Below are positions 40,395-54,561 of a stretch of 64,000 nucleotides of DNA, piece by piece. Below the pieces are notes generated by a model. The model did no database searches. It had not been told where the DNA came from and saw nothing but the letters and a program-made list of their open reading frames with translations. Origin of the DNA: Eledone cirrhosa (taxonomy: Eukaryota); NCBI GenBank assembly GCA_964016885.1, contig OZ024745.1:110856001-110920000 (forward strand), given 5' to 3'. Both the position numbers and the translations under genes were made by a program. Numbering within the stretch: the stretch's first letter is position 1; every line of letters starts with the position of its first letter.

Positions 40395-40609
40395 GTTTCT
40401 GATTTTGGCACAAGGCCTACAATTTTTTAGGGGAGGGGAAAGTCGATGAAATTGACCCCAGTTCATTACTGGTACTTTATTTTATCAACCTCGTAAGAAT
40501 GAAAGGCAAACCTTACCTTGGCAGGATTTGAACTCAGAGCATAAAGGGCCATAACTACATACCACAAAGTATATCCGATGCTCTATTGATACTGACAATC
40601 TACTGCACT
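40352..40609 (-). mobile_element. Nin-domain SINE with a long (ATT)n tail, inserted in an (AAT)n run
   Basis: (AAT)n at 40352-40393, then the reverse complement of tail, core and B box; AAT repeats also on the other flank (40610-40623). Confidence 0.85.
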
Positions 40610-42652
40610 AATAATAATAATAAATTCAATGCCATGGATTTTTATTGAAAGTACCTAGAAGTACCACAGGATTGTCAGATATTGCTAACCTATATCAGGC
40701 TTGAAATATTGATAAAATGAAAATATAATCCTAACAGAATTAAGTAGGATGCTACAAATTGAAATAAATGCAAAAAAAAAAAAAAACACTATATAAACTT
40801 TAAAAGTAACTTATGACATTTATTTTAAAAAGGAATATTTTTAAAATTTTCAAATATCAGTTTATTTGTGATGCTATATTATTTGTATATTCTATAACTT
40901 TGTATTATAATCCTTACCTTCAATGAGAAATCACTTTATATGCTAAGAAACTTTTTTTTTATTTACACTGTTCAAGAATAAAGCATATTTAATATGTTTA
41001 TAGGGTGGAAATTGCTTTCAATTCTTTCTATCATTAGATAACTCTTTTGATATTTAGTACAGCGACAGCAAAAGTTACTTGAATTCAAAACAATAACTTT
41101 ATAATTTTCAATAGAATGATTTAATAATTACTAGTTGTCAGGATTTGCTCTTGAAGAATAAAAAAATAATTTAAAGCATATGTCATGTATAAATTTTGTA
41201 ATCTTCTCATAAAATAACAAATTTATTAGTTTCTAATTTGAAAGTTCTATAAAACTTGTCATTGTTTACAAATGATTTAGGGCCAATAACAAAGATCTAT
41301 ACTATATTGTTTTAATAGTTTTGTTTTCCTTTAAATCTCTTAATTGTTTCTTGCGATTATAGTTTAATGCACTTCTTCAAAAGGTGATCTGTTTTAAATG
41401 TTGAACCTAAACAATGAATGTTGGAAAGTGGATTCTAATATGAATATTATGGAAAACATAATGATTTCTTATGTAAGCCTAAAGCCTGGAGTTGCTATAG
41501 AGTTAGGAGCGGTGGATGGGAAGCTACAACATCATTCCTACATTTAACAAGACTGTATATTGGGCAGTTAAGACCAGTTTCCATTTAACTAGGCTACTAA
41601 CATGTATAATTAAAATACAGATCCAAAAATAATTAATATATAATTATAACAATTCCATTCATAAATGAAATTAACATTGAACACTTGTATTAATATTTAG
41701 AATTTTATACAAAACTCAAATTAAAAATAGTTAATACTGCACCTTTTACTAAATATTTACATTTCTTCAATCAATTAAATGTTATCTTCTAATATCAGCA
41801 CTCTTTTTCTGGGGTGTTTTAAATGTGTTTTACATGCGTTTTGAACTCTTTTGTCTCATACTAACTATCAAGAAACAACTTGGGGGTGATTTCTTCTATA
41901 GTGTGAAAGTGTCTCATCTCTCTTTTACATAATCACCATTCCATTTAGTGCTGACACTGCACTTTGATGAGGTCTTTCTTTTTACGTCTACTTGACCCTT
42001 TGTTTTGCTTGAACATTCTATTTAGAAATCTAAACCAGATACAATATTTGTTAACATTTCTTTCTATTGAGGTTTTACAAATTAATTCTTTTTGAATTTC
42101 TCCCCCTTTTTTTAAATTTTAATATTTTGTTTGTTTTGTTATTTTTATAGTATTTCCTTGCTTTCTAAAATCAATAAACTTGGTCAATATAACTATGACT
42201 GATATTCATTCCATTCATAATTGCAAGGTATTTAGAAAAATAACTTGAAAGAAATATTACCCTATTTTTAATATCTTTTTTACACACCTCTATTTGAAAA
42301 TTATAGATTCAATCATTAATATGAAATAAAAATGTTAAGTTTTAGTTCATATTCACACATACACACACATTCATCACCAGTTCATACTCTCCTGACAAAA
42401 TACAAATAAACAAACAAAAGCTACATGTTTGTGCTATTTTCCAGATAAACATAATGTCCATGATTTTGATTTTACTATGAAAGCTATAATTAATAATGTT
42501 TAAAACACTTATAACTCTACTACTACCATAGCATATTATAAGTTACTGTTCTCTATGTAAATTTATCAGGACTAAAATTGTGTATGAGAATTGCTTTTTT
42601 TTTTACTGTTGATATTTTTATCGTTTCTACATTCAATATTTCTTTATTTCAG

Positions 42653-42679
42653 GATCAACTGAGTACCATAGGCGAAAAC
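42653..42679 (+). CDS. Candidate 27-nt in-frame microexon of the BNC-like gene (DQLSTIGEN)
   Basis: Long pyrimidine tract ending tatttctttatttcAG; exon GATCAACTGAGTACCATAGGCGAAAAC; consensus donor GTAAGT at 42680. Open in phase 0, matching the phase-0 end of exon 20553-20791. Confidence 0.55.
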
Positions 42680-43343
42680 GTAAGTTCATCCAAACTAGTC
42701 CACAAGTTTGCATAAATAATACATTATACAAATGCAAAATCTACTCCTAAGTTAATCTAGAATAGATAGGTTGTTTTAGATATGAAATACCTTTACATAA
42801 AATATAATCCATTCAAATTCTCTTCTTAGATATATTTTATCACCTTTATTTCTCTCTCTCTCTCTCTCCCCATACATACATATATGTATATATGTGTGTG
42901 TATATATACATACATACATTTATACACGTTTGTGAGTATGTGTGTACTTGCATACTTGTACCTGTTCAAACAAAGCCCTAGGCTCAAATGCAGTTCCTGA
43001 CAGTGTTTTGTCCCTAAACAAAACTAAAATATAGTTACTATTAATTGCTGTTCACTGTTTTGGTGCCTGGCTTTAGGTAAAATATTAAAGAGAAAGAATA
43101 CTCACTCTTTTATATATACATATACATTTTTTTCTGAATTAGCTGACCCAAGCCAGCTTTAAAAAAAGCAAATATGTGTGTATCTGTGCACCCACATGCA
43201 TGTGTGTTTGTTTCTTAGATTTTTTCTTGATTATTTCATAAGAATGAAATAATTTATTTTTTTATTTATGTACCTAGAATATTTCTTTGATCTTTTATCC
43301 TTGTAAAGAAATTCTTTAAAAAAATAGTTGAAACAATTTGTTG

Positions 43344-43344
<1 letters not shown>

Positions 43345-43397
<53 letters not shown>

Positions 43398-43463
43398 ATA
43401 CATATATATGTTTGTGTGTGTGTATACATATATATGTGTGTGTGTATATATACATACATATAC

Positions 43464-43514
<51 letters not shown>

Positions 43515-43800
43515 TATATAAATGTATGTACATATATATATATATGTGTATATGTATGTATATATAAATACACACACACACACACATATATATATTATAT
43601 GTATGTATATGTATATATATATATATATATATAATTTACACATATATATATATGTATATATATATATATGTATATATATATATAAATGTATGTACATATA
43701 TATATATATGTGTATATGTATGTATATATAAATACACACACACACACACATATATATATATTATATGTATGTATATGTATATATATATATATATATAATT

Positions 43801-43873
<73 letters not shown>

Positions 43874-43892
43874 CTCTGTGTGTGTGTGTGTA
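43345..43892. repeat. Compound (TA)/(TG)/(CA) microsatellite with an internal ~164-bp higher-order duplication
   Basis: The block AATGTATGTACAT...AAATACACAC...ATAATTTACA occurs at ~43521 and again at ~43685. Confidence 0.9.
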
Positions 43893-44472
43893 CTTATATT
43901 TTGCAATGTGGTCATCTATGAAAACAAAAAAAATGTTTTCTTAGAGAGATATTAATATTTACTAAACCAATCACCCTATTGTAATCACTATCATCAGTAT
44001 TATTCTGTTTTCATTCTATTTTCTCTGTTTTCTTTCTCGACTGTGAAAATCTTTGAAAAACACGTCTGTTACTTTCATAACCATTTAAAATAAACATTGT
44101 ATTTATTAACACTTTCCTTCCCTGAAATGAAAGAAGCCCATTTCGTTTATATTTTTTATACTTTTAAACTATGAAATCTGAATTAGGAAAGTTACTTACT
44201 GATAAGCTCATATATTTTATTGTGTGTGTGTGTGTGTTTGTTTGTCTGTGTGAGTGTGTGTGTGTGTGTTTGTTTTTCTGTGTGAGTGTGTGTGTGTGTG
44301 TGTCTGTCTGTCTGTCTGTCTGTGTGTGTTTGTGCATGTGAGTGTGTTCAGGTCTGTGTGTGTGTGCATGCAAAACTGCATGCATGCATGTATATATATA
44401 TATATATATATATATATGTTATAATATTTTATATGTATTTGAAATTTAACAATCATTGTATTTTCGGAGCAA

Positions 44473-44535
44473 CTTTTTCGTAATGTCTTTTTCGTAATGT
44501 CTTTTTCGTAATGTCTTTTTCGTAATGTCTTTTTC
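44473..44535. repeat. Perfect 14-bp tandem repeat (CTTTTTCGTAATGT) x4.5
   Basis: Counted directly. Confidence 0.95.
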
Positions 44536-45589
44536 TTGACTCTGTATATTTTTATAAACTTCAGATGAGGAATGAAACATTAAATGATAATAACTTATGA
44601 CAGAAATTTTCTTCTATCTGGTCTGATCTTTTATTGTAATGTATTTTCTCAGCAACAATTATAAGATTGTAATATTCATTAAAACTATTAAAGGTTGTTA
44701 ATTACATTAGTACTTATTTTGGCTCCTACAGTTCCTTTAACATTTTGTAGAGATATTACCATCATCATCATGAAAAGATTTTTCAATCATTTTAATATCT
44801 TTTTATAACTTTAATTTGTAGGATTTTTATGTCAAGTAATCTTCACTATTATATATAAAGTGTGTGTAAATTATACACACACACACACATATATATATAT
44901 GAACCCATAAATCCCAGTGGAGTCATAGTGTCATACAGCACTTTTGGGGCATTGTTTTAATCTGGCAGAGCTCATCCCCTCACCATGTTTGAACACAACC
45001 AATTTTTTCAAGAAAAGGAGTGAGAGAGAGAGAGACAGACAGTGTGTTAAAAAGAAGTAAGAAAGAGATATAGAGGCAGAAAAAACCTCAGTATTAGACT
45101 GGTACATTTTTTATTAACCTCAAAAGGATGAAAGGCAAAGCTGATGTTGATGAGATTTGAACTGAGAGTGCAAAGAACTAGAATGAATACTGATGGGACA
45201 CACACAGGTTCACAGCATCTGATAAACAGGCCAAAGCACTGTCCCTGGAGTAAAAGACAAAACAAAACAATAACTTACAGCAATAAAGCCACAACAAGTA
45301 CACATGAGATTCCATGTGATGACTAGAAGTTATTGAGTTTTTTATAGCAACGATAGTCTTGTGAGTCTATCATCAAAGCAATTATGTTATTCCATGTTAG
45401 CATCAGTTGGACAGGACGTTTTTGAGAGCAGTATTCTACAGACAGATACCATTCCAGATGCTGGCCCTTGTTTTTTTTTATGTACAGTACTGTTATTCAT
45501 ATGTTGAACTGCTGAGACGCAATGTAAAACAAACATCTATACTAGATGCAAAGTGCTGGACTGGAGTGTCAAATGCAAAGTGCTGGACT

Positions 45590-45795
45590 GGACTGTGTGT
45601 TATGTTCTTGAGCAAAACACTTCATTTCACATCAGTCCAGTATACTCAGCTGAAAATGAGTACTAGCAATAGCTGTGGATTTAACCCTGTGATGGATTGG
45701 TGTTCTGTCTTGGAGAAATCTTGCACTCTCAGTCACTTAACACCACAGAAACTGGGATAAGAACTGTCCTGATGAACCTCTGAGCTTGAGACTTT
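45590..45795 (+). mobile_element. Diverged CORE-type SINE with a V/Meta-like 3' domain
   Basis: GTTCTTGAGCAAAACACTTCATTTCAC...CTCAGCTGAAAATGAGTAC, then CCCTGTGATGGATTGGTGTTCTGTC...CAGAAACTGGGATAAG. Confidence 0.55.
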
Positions 45796-48528
45796 AGACA
45801 TATATATATATGATGAGCTTCCATACAGTTTCCATTTAACAAATCCACTGACAAAACATTGGTCAGTCTGAGGCTATAGTGGAAGTCACTTGCCAAAGGT
45901 GTCATGTAGTGAAAGAGAACCTAAAACCCCTTGATTGCAAATCTGTTTTCCCTACTAGCAAGGACTGTTATATAGATTTACACACACATATATGCATGTA
46001 TATGTATATCTGTTGATACAAAAAAAAACAACAACTTTTACTTAAATAAAGAACTCAATACTTTCTTTAAGATGTAGTAGAGTATAAGATATTTATTAAA
46101 ACTGAATATGTTGATTACTGATCTGAAAATGTTAAACCTGATTTTGTTAGCACCATTGCATTTGCGCATCAGTAATTCATTCTAGCTTTATTTTTAAACT
46201 TCAACCAATTTACTCTCTTCCATCTCCCTCCAGCTACTTCTTTTGAATCCCAAATCTTGATTTCTTTTTTTAATTTCTTTAATGCCGAAATAGTTTTGAT
46301 TTCATCCATTGCTGGTTTCTTGCTGTGAAAAGATCAACATTCCTTGGTGCTGGAACCTGCATTTCTCAATATTCCAATCAGAATTACTGCTACATAATTG
46401 TAGTCTGGACCATTTTTGAAAAAAATCATTTGAATGAATACTAAATATGCCAAATATATCCAATTCAATATGAAGTTAAAATAATTCTACTTCATCATCA
46501 GTCTTCTCCCATACCTTAGTGTCCTCTATGTCTAATTATGTTTATTAATGCAACTTACTTGTTTGACCCATTTTCTGTCTGCCTCTCTCTCCACCCTCTC
46601 TCTCCCCTTCTCTCTTTCACACACACGCACACACTCCCCTCTCTCAATTTTCTTTCTTTCATATTTTTTATTCCATATTCTATGTTTTTTTTTTTAAATA
46701 TCTAACAAACAAAAGATGTGAACTGAAATGGCTCTCAGAATACGGAGATTAAGGTTTGATTAATTTCTTTGAATTCAGAAATTCATATTCTTTTATAACA
46801 AGTACAAAAATATCTTCTGAGAAAATACATCTTTGTTGTTGAAATCCTTCCTTGATGGATTTCTTTCTCTATATTTTGAAGAATGGTCACATTAACATCA
46901 CATATGTATCTATTATGCAAAATATGGCAATCATAGTTTTTATATGATGCAGCTTTTATCGTTTTTGACTTGCAGTACTTTATTAAGAATCCTTTTCATA
47001 TACATACACTTGAGACAACTTTACTCCCTATTTAGATGTATTGACTCATTAAAATAAAAAAAAAAATCGTCTTTTCTCTCTTTTTCTTTTTGGCATTGAA
47101 AATATTGTCATTGATGTACAATAGATGTTTTATATAATACTTTTAAAATATATATGTCATAGTGACTATTATATATATTTTTTAGGTTATTTTATATTCA
47201 CAATATTTATTGATTATTGATAGATATTTTTAATAAATAAATTGTTAATATTCAAGGAGGAATATCATATTTTACGTTCCAATTCCCTCCAAACTTGAGC
47301 AGATCTATTTATCATTGTATAGTCCTGTCACAAATTGAATATTGATAGGCTACATAAACTATGAACATATTTTACTTTATATCTTTTGAGGTAATGGGAC
47401 GATTTCTAGAGATGTTGTTCCTTCATTTTTTACACCTCGAGTGGGAATCTTCTTTTTTCTTGAGAGAAAGATTTTTAAAATACTTACAGACAGTTCATAT
47501 AAAAAGTATATATTTAGCTTAGGAAAAAGAAATCTATCACCTAGTTTAACACCACCACCAAGTTTTTAAGTTCTTTTAGCAGAGTTCACTCTACTGTATT
47601 TAAGCTAGGTTTCAAATCTGAAGATACCCCCCACCCCTTGATCTTGAAGGACCTGAAAATAGCCATAGTCACAACCACAGCCCTCTCTTCCTGACTAACA
47701 TAAAAATGTGTCATCACTAGATGGTAACCCGATACAATAATTCTACAACGTTTTCTATGGACTCTCAGATTTAAAAGGTTAAACATTTTAAGAAGATACT
47801 TTCAATATGACTTATTAAATATATTTCAAAGCAGTAAAATTCACTAAATGTTTAATTATAAATCATAAATTAGAGGAAAAAGTAGAGCAAAAGGATACAC
47901 ATTGCCATATTACAATGTTAATAAAACAATAACTCCTTAATTCTTTTATTCTAATACTAGTTTCAGTGAGTGAACTGTGGCATTGCTGGGCCCCTTCTAA
48001 GGTTTAACCAATCATATCAATGTAGTATTTATTGTATTGATTGTTATTTTATCAAACTGCTAAGTTATGCCATGGGACTTTTGTATAGTTTTTTCTCCTA
48101 ATTTCACTCACATGCCATTGACTAACGTGTAAAAAAGAAATGGTAAAAAAGAAACCCACTTACCTAAGGTGCCATACATTGGGATTGAACTTGAAACCTT
48201 GTAGTTGTGAAATGAACTTCTTAACTACACAGCTGTTCTTTCACCTGCATACATAAATCTTCTAACATAAAACTATGAGATTTAAAAATATTAGCTAGTA
48301 ATATGATTTACATTAGTTTTATTTATATGAAGTAAACCAAGTTTTATATAAATTACAGTAAAAAAAATATATATTTTTCAACTGTTATTCGAAATGTAGC
48401 AGACTATTTCCATTGGTAATTTTGCTTTATAGAACATAAATAAGCATTTATTTGAATTATGTAATCTCGTTTATAAATGCAGTTGAATTTCTCTCTCACA
48501 CATACACATACATACACACACACATATG

Positions 48529-48587
<59 letters not shown>

Positions 48588-50512
48588 GCATTCATGCTTT
48601 GTCAGATTATGATTTTTCAAATGTCCTAACCTCTAATTTTTCTTAGATATTTTCCACTTTATATTATCTTTGCTGTGAATGAACCCACCTAATCTTTATG
48701 ATAAAATGTTTGAAAAATACAAAAACTTGCTCTCTTTGAAAGTAGAACAGACTTTTTTTAATGTTCTAAAACATTTTCCAGTTTCATTTCTGTAAATCGA
48801 GATCGGAAAAGCTTAGCAAACATCAAATATCCCGCCTAGCTGATATTGCATGAAAGAAGCTTTAAATCAGAAATTTACAAATATATTTTTATTCTTGCCA
48901 TATCCCATAAGTTAATAAACCAAATAATTGATGCTTAGCGCTTCACCATGAAAAATAAACTAACAAAAAATAAAACATTTGCACATGTCTGTTAAGCTTT
49001 TACTGTTGATAATCCTTCTATGAGGACAGTTAGTTTCTTTCACATAGATAAGGTACTTTAAGTTGTCTCACAGGATATTTGTTTTCCTTCTTTGTTCAGA
49101 TTAGCACAGATATAATTTATTTGCTTTTTTTTTTTTGGGAAAGCAAAAGCCAAACAAAAAAAAATAAATAAAAAATCCATTGAATCATATAGCAATGGTG
49201 AGACATGTAGATCAACATAGAAGAGAGGCAGACTTAGATGGAAATATCAACTCCCTGATAGACAATCAATCAGACCAATAGGCTGGAACACGCATGCACA
49301 CATTTGTTTGTTTGCTTCATCTTTTTTTTTTTAAATACTTACTGATAGAAAAACATGTGTAGCTACACACACAACATGCTTTATGTTAGTGTGCAATAGC
49401 TGTCTTAGAAAATCATTTTTATCTTTTGGATTGACAGAATATTTTTTCCTTCCTTCTCAGTCCAAACTTTTTTTTTATATCTTCTTTTTTGTGTGTTATT
49501 TTAATATCATATTTTTATTCTCTCTTCTAAATTCCTAAACCTTCTACTCCATACTTCATCTGTCTAATATAATATCTGCTCACCAGTGTCTACCAAATAT
49601 CATTTTCTTTCTGCTGTCATTTTTCATGTGTATGCTACTTAATATAGATTAAAAGCTGCAAAGCTGTTCGTCCATCACCTACTGCCTGTGAAATGGTTAG
49701 CAAGATATTGATACTTTATGACAGAGTTTTCTTCTGGGCATACATCTCATGCAATGAGTGCAATCTAGCCCCACTGGTTTAGGTAAAAGTAAAAGCTGTA
49801 ATTGGGCATGCTTCCAATATTCAGTCCATTGCTTTATATTGCTTTTGGTCAGAAAAAAATGTCCATTGTTATTTATTGATATGAGTATTTATTTTATTTT
49901 TTTATTCTTCATAAAACTATATTATGCATGCATGTGTGTGTGTGTGTGTGTGTGTAAGTAAATAACATGAATGAGCATAATGGATATTCTGTGGTATTGT
50001 TTTCATCCTTTTATTACTTTTTTCAATTCAGCCTTACATTTCTTAGTATATGTCATAGATGTAAAAAAGTGAATTGCTAGTTCAGATCCTGGTTAAATAT
50101 ATTGACATGCCTGTCTGTGTTTGTGTTTATTATCTTTATCTTAAAAAAGCAAATGCTTCATCTTCAATGGATAGATGACTCAAGAAGAATAAGAAGAATC
50201 TTTATCTTTTCTTAACTATTATATCAAGTTGTTCTTTACTTAGTTTCAACCAAATATGCGGTTGGTAATAATTTCTTTACATGTTAAAATACATCTTGCT
50301 GCTGGTGATATATCATATATTCCCTTTGATAGCTCACATTGAAAACTACTTTGTTAAGGATAAAAGTTCACTCATTATTCATCACCTAAAATATGAAATG
50401 CTCATATATCAATTAAATATATATCATATATTTTATTACCTGATAAATAAGGAAATACTGACATCTAATTAACCAAAATATGCTAATTGTTATTTAAGGC
50501 AAAAAACATTTG

Positions 50513-50853
50513 TCATCATCATCATCATCATTTTACTTCCACTTTTCCCTGCTTGCAAGGGTGGGACGGGAACTGATTCTGGCTTGATTTCTACAGCTGG
50601 ATGCCCTTCCTAACACCAACCTCATTTACAGTGAGTGCTGGGTGCTTTTTTGCCATGGCACCTCCACGACCACTTTACAGTGGAATGATATGGACCCCAG
50701 TCCCTATCATCTCATTTCTACAGCTGAGTAAACTGGAGCAATGTGAAATAAAGTGTCTTGCTCAAGGAAAAACACATCACCCGGTCTGAGAATTGAACTC
50801 ACAACCTTTCGATTGCAAGGCCAATGCTCTAACCACTAAGCCATGTGCCTCCA
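50513..50853 (-). mobile_element. Young tRNA/CORE SINE with RTE-type tail
   Basis: Near-identical to 38527-38857 and 63083-63428. Confidence 0.92.
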
Positions 50854-51114
50854 TATGCTTGTCATATATATATATATACACACATATATACATACATACA
50901 TACACACATACATGCATGCACATATATGCAAACATACATGCATACATTCATATGAACATACATGCATGCATTATCATTCATACAAACATGCATACATACA
51001 TTTCATTTATACATACACTCATACATATATACCTATATGCACAACACATGTACATACATACACACATACACATACATACAACAGCATCAATGGAAGGAAT
51101 AGCCTCTCCCAGAG

Positions 51115-51623
51115 TGGTCAATTTAATTGACTTTCCCCTGCCCTAAAATCGTTGGCCTTGTGCCTAAATCAGAAACCATTATTCTATGAGATAGGGCAAA
51201 AGTCATGCATTATTGCAGCATAGAGTTATGGCCCTTCACATTCTGAGTTCAAAGTTTTTGATTTTCTATTTCATCCTTATGGGGTCAATGAAATAAAGCA
51301 CTGGTAATGCACCAGGGTCGATTTAATTGACTTTCCCCTCCCCTAAAATTGTTGGCCCTGTACCTAAATCAGAAACCATTATTCTATGAGATAGAGCAAA
51401 AGTCATGCATTATTGTACAGAAGGGCGGTGGATTGGCAATATCGGTAGAGGGTCGGACGCCATGCTTTGCAGCATAGAGTTATGGCCCTTTATGATCTGA
51501 GTTCAAATCCCGCCAAGGTTAACTTTGCCTTTCATCCTTACGGGGTCGATAAAATAAAGTACCAGTAATGCACTGGAATAATTGCTGGCCTTGTGCCAAA
51601 AGTAGAAATAATTATTGTAGAGA
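51115..51623 (+). mobile_element. Cluster of three Nin-SINE copies (3' fragment, 5'-truncated copy, full young copy 51423-51610)
   Basis: Family motifs; duplicated flanks at 51178-51215/51378-51415 and 51409-51421/51611-51623. Confidence 0.88.
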
Positions 51624-53899
51624 TCATCTATAGATTCTTATTTGTTCCTATTATCATAGGACACTGGGACACACTGGGACAACAGATTTGCATAAAAGCC
51701 TGGAAATATGGGCTTTTCAAAGAAAGAACAAAGCAAACTGACCTGCATCCTTTAAATCTAATCAATTAGTTATACAGTGAAGATTCTCCATTTAAGTTTC
51801 CCGGAATGTACATATACACATGTTCATATGCCATACATAAAAAGTAATCACACGCACACATTAACTCTAGTATTCACAAACCCCTGGGACTATTTTGACT
51901 GAAACAAAAAAAACCTTGTCACTTTGTTAGAGAGCAGTTTCAGTTCAAAGTACTTAAATAAAGAAAAACAAATGTACACACACACACACACACACATACA
52001 TGTGTCTGTCTCTGTTGTGTGAATTTGGAACATTTCAGATACTGTTCAAAAAAATTAAACACTCTAAATATTAAATTTATCAGATTATATTTTCTTCTTT
52101 TATTTAACAAAAAAATGGGTGTAAAATGCTTACATATATAATTCTTCATACCAGTTTTGCCCTCTTATCATCTACATCATATAGATAATATCTATATTTT
52201 CGTAATAGTAATACATTACTTTTTCCATGATGTAATTCCATGAGTCATTACAAACCTAAGAAAAAGATCGAAATAAAAATACTTCCCTTTTCTTTTTATC
52301 ATTTCATAAGAGGATGGTGGATTGGTGGCATAGTTAGAGCATTGGATGAAAATATGCAGTGGAGTATTTTGTTACAGCCCCTACATTCTGGTTTCAAATC
52401 CTACCGAGGTCAAATTTGCCTTTCATCTCTCTGGAGTTGATAATATAAAGTACCAATTAAGTACTAGGATTTGATGTAATTGACTTTCCTCTCCCCATAA
52501 AATGCTGGTCTATGTCATCATCATTATCAGTATCATCATTTGACGTCCATTTTTCCGTGCTTGCATGGGTTAGATAGAGTGTCATGTTATGAAACAAGTC
52601 AAGTGGTGACTACATCATGCCTATATAAATTTGTATTTTTACTGGATGCCCTTCCTAACACCAACCATGTTACAGCATCAACTGTGAGCTATCATGGCAC
52701 CAAAACGACCATCTAACACTAACAGGATGGACTGGGTGCTTTTTAATCATGTCACCAGCACAACAACCTTACAGTGTGGACTGGGTGATTTTGGGGATGT
52801 CACCAGCTCACTCAACAACCTTACAGGGTGGGCTGAGCACTTTTTATCGTGTCACCAGCACATTAGAAATCATTATTTTATAAGTAGAAACAATTATTTT
52901 ATAAGGGGTGAATTAGTTAGAGTACCAAACTGAATAAACCACTGTATTTGGTCCTGTTGCTTTACATATTGAGTTTAAATCTTACTGAGGTTGACTTTAC
53001 CTTTCATACTTTCTAAGTGTCAATAAAATAAAGTACCAATTAATTACCGGTACTTAGTTTCTCATAGTTTATGGAATACTTTTCGTGAGTACTCTTCCTA
53101 TTAACTATTTCTCTACATCTCTGCTTTTCATATCTAAAGTCATGCAGTCAACCCAAGATCCAACTAAGCATTGCAAATGCATACATAAACACCGTGTTTC
53201 AGTATCCACACATCCTCATCATCATTATCATTTTATGTTTGCTTTCCATGTTAGCATGGATTGGACAGGTTCTCACGGACTAGACAGCCTGGAGAGCTCT
53301 CATCTTGCTATGTTCCATATTTAGTGTGGTTTTCTATGGCCAGATGCCTATCCTAATGTCAATCACTTTACAGGGTGTACTGGGTGTATTTTATCATGGT
53401 ACAAATACTACCAATTTACAGTATACTTGGTGCATCTTTTCATGGTATCAGTACTAAAAGCCAGATTGAAGAGTCTTCTCTACTCTATATTATCTCTCTT
53501 TGATTGCGAACCACTTTACAGAGTGTACTGGGTGCATAAATTTTAATTTTTCATTAAATTCATCAAATTGTATTTCCTGATAATTTCTTATTGGTTCTAA
53601 ATTTGAAAATCCTCCAAGTTTATTTATTATTCAGCATCTTATCTGAATTGTCTTGAAAAAGGGTTTCTCCTCACATGTACATATGAATTACTATAGCCAA
53701 ACTTCATTTCAAAAACCTTTTCTTACTATATTTCTGATAAAATAAACTGTATTTGAATTAACCACTAGAGAACTTGAAAGGATTTACTAAAATTATTTCA
53801 ATTATTAAGATAGTAGAGCTACTACTTCTCCAAATTTAGAGATTTAACCAAAAAAGTTTTTAAATAAAATTACGCTGGAAGATTTTGATTAATATAGGA

Positions 53900-54350
53900 A
53901 TTCTTTAAGTGCATGGTTTTTCTTGCATAGAAACAGAGGTGGCTTTGGTATAAAATTGGTTAACTTTGATGAAACAGTTATCTTTGATGATAAAAGTTAT
54001 CTTTCCACAAATGTGGACATAGCTGAAGCGGGACACATTTTTGAGGACACCCAATTTTAATTGCGATTGTACGGCAGCTTATACATATACTGATATGGAG
54101 GAATTTATTCTCGCATAGTTTTTTTTAACACAAATTATTACTTATCAACTTGGGCATACTTGGCATCTCAAACCGGACCTAAACTAATGTGACTACTGGC
54201 TTTGGTATGAATGTAGGAGTAGTTGTGATTTTACAGAAAGTCTGTATAAAAAAGTTTTTAAAAAACCTTGTCACCAATATTCAAATTTCCAACTGTTTGA
54301 AGAAAGCACTAGTTGTACTGCATCTGAAATAATGCATAAGAGGATGAGAT
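53900..54350 (+). pseudogene. Decayed Tc1/mariner transposase fragment (DD37D/maT-like)
   Basis: 54161-54205 translates to WHLKPDLN*CDYWLW (cf. WP..SPDLNPCDYWLW), preceded by DCTAAYT (cf. DGAPAHT). Confidence 0.7.
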
Positions 54351-54408
54351 AAGAAATCTTATAATGTACTTAGAGAGATAAAATAAAACTATATATATAT
54401 ATATATAC

Positions 54409-54463
54409 TCACATAAATTTGAAACTTCATGTAAAGAGACTAAAAAGAATGGAATTTTGTCTA

Positions 54464-54501
<38 letters not shown>

Positions 54502-54561
54502 TAGTGTAGACAAAATTCCATTCTTTTTAGTCTCTTTACATGAAGTTTCAAATTTATGTGA
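54409..54561. repeat. 153-bp near-perfect palindrome
   Basis: 55-bp perfect inverted arms 54409-54463 / 54507-54561; inner GGTTT(AT)14AAACC is itself palindromic; only TAGTG (54502-06) is unpaired. Confidence 0.97.
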
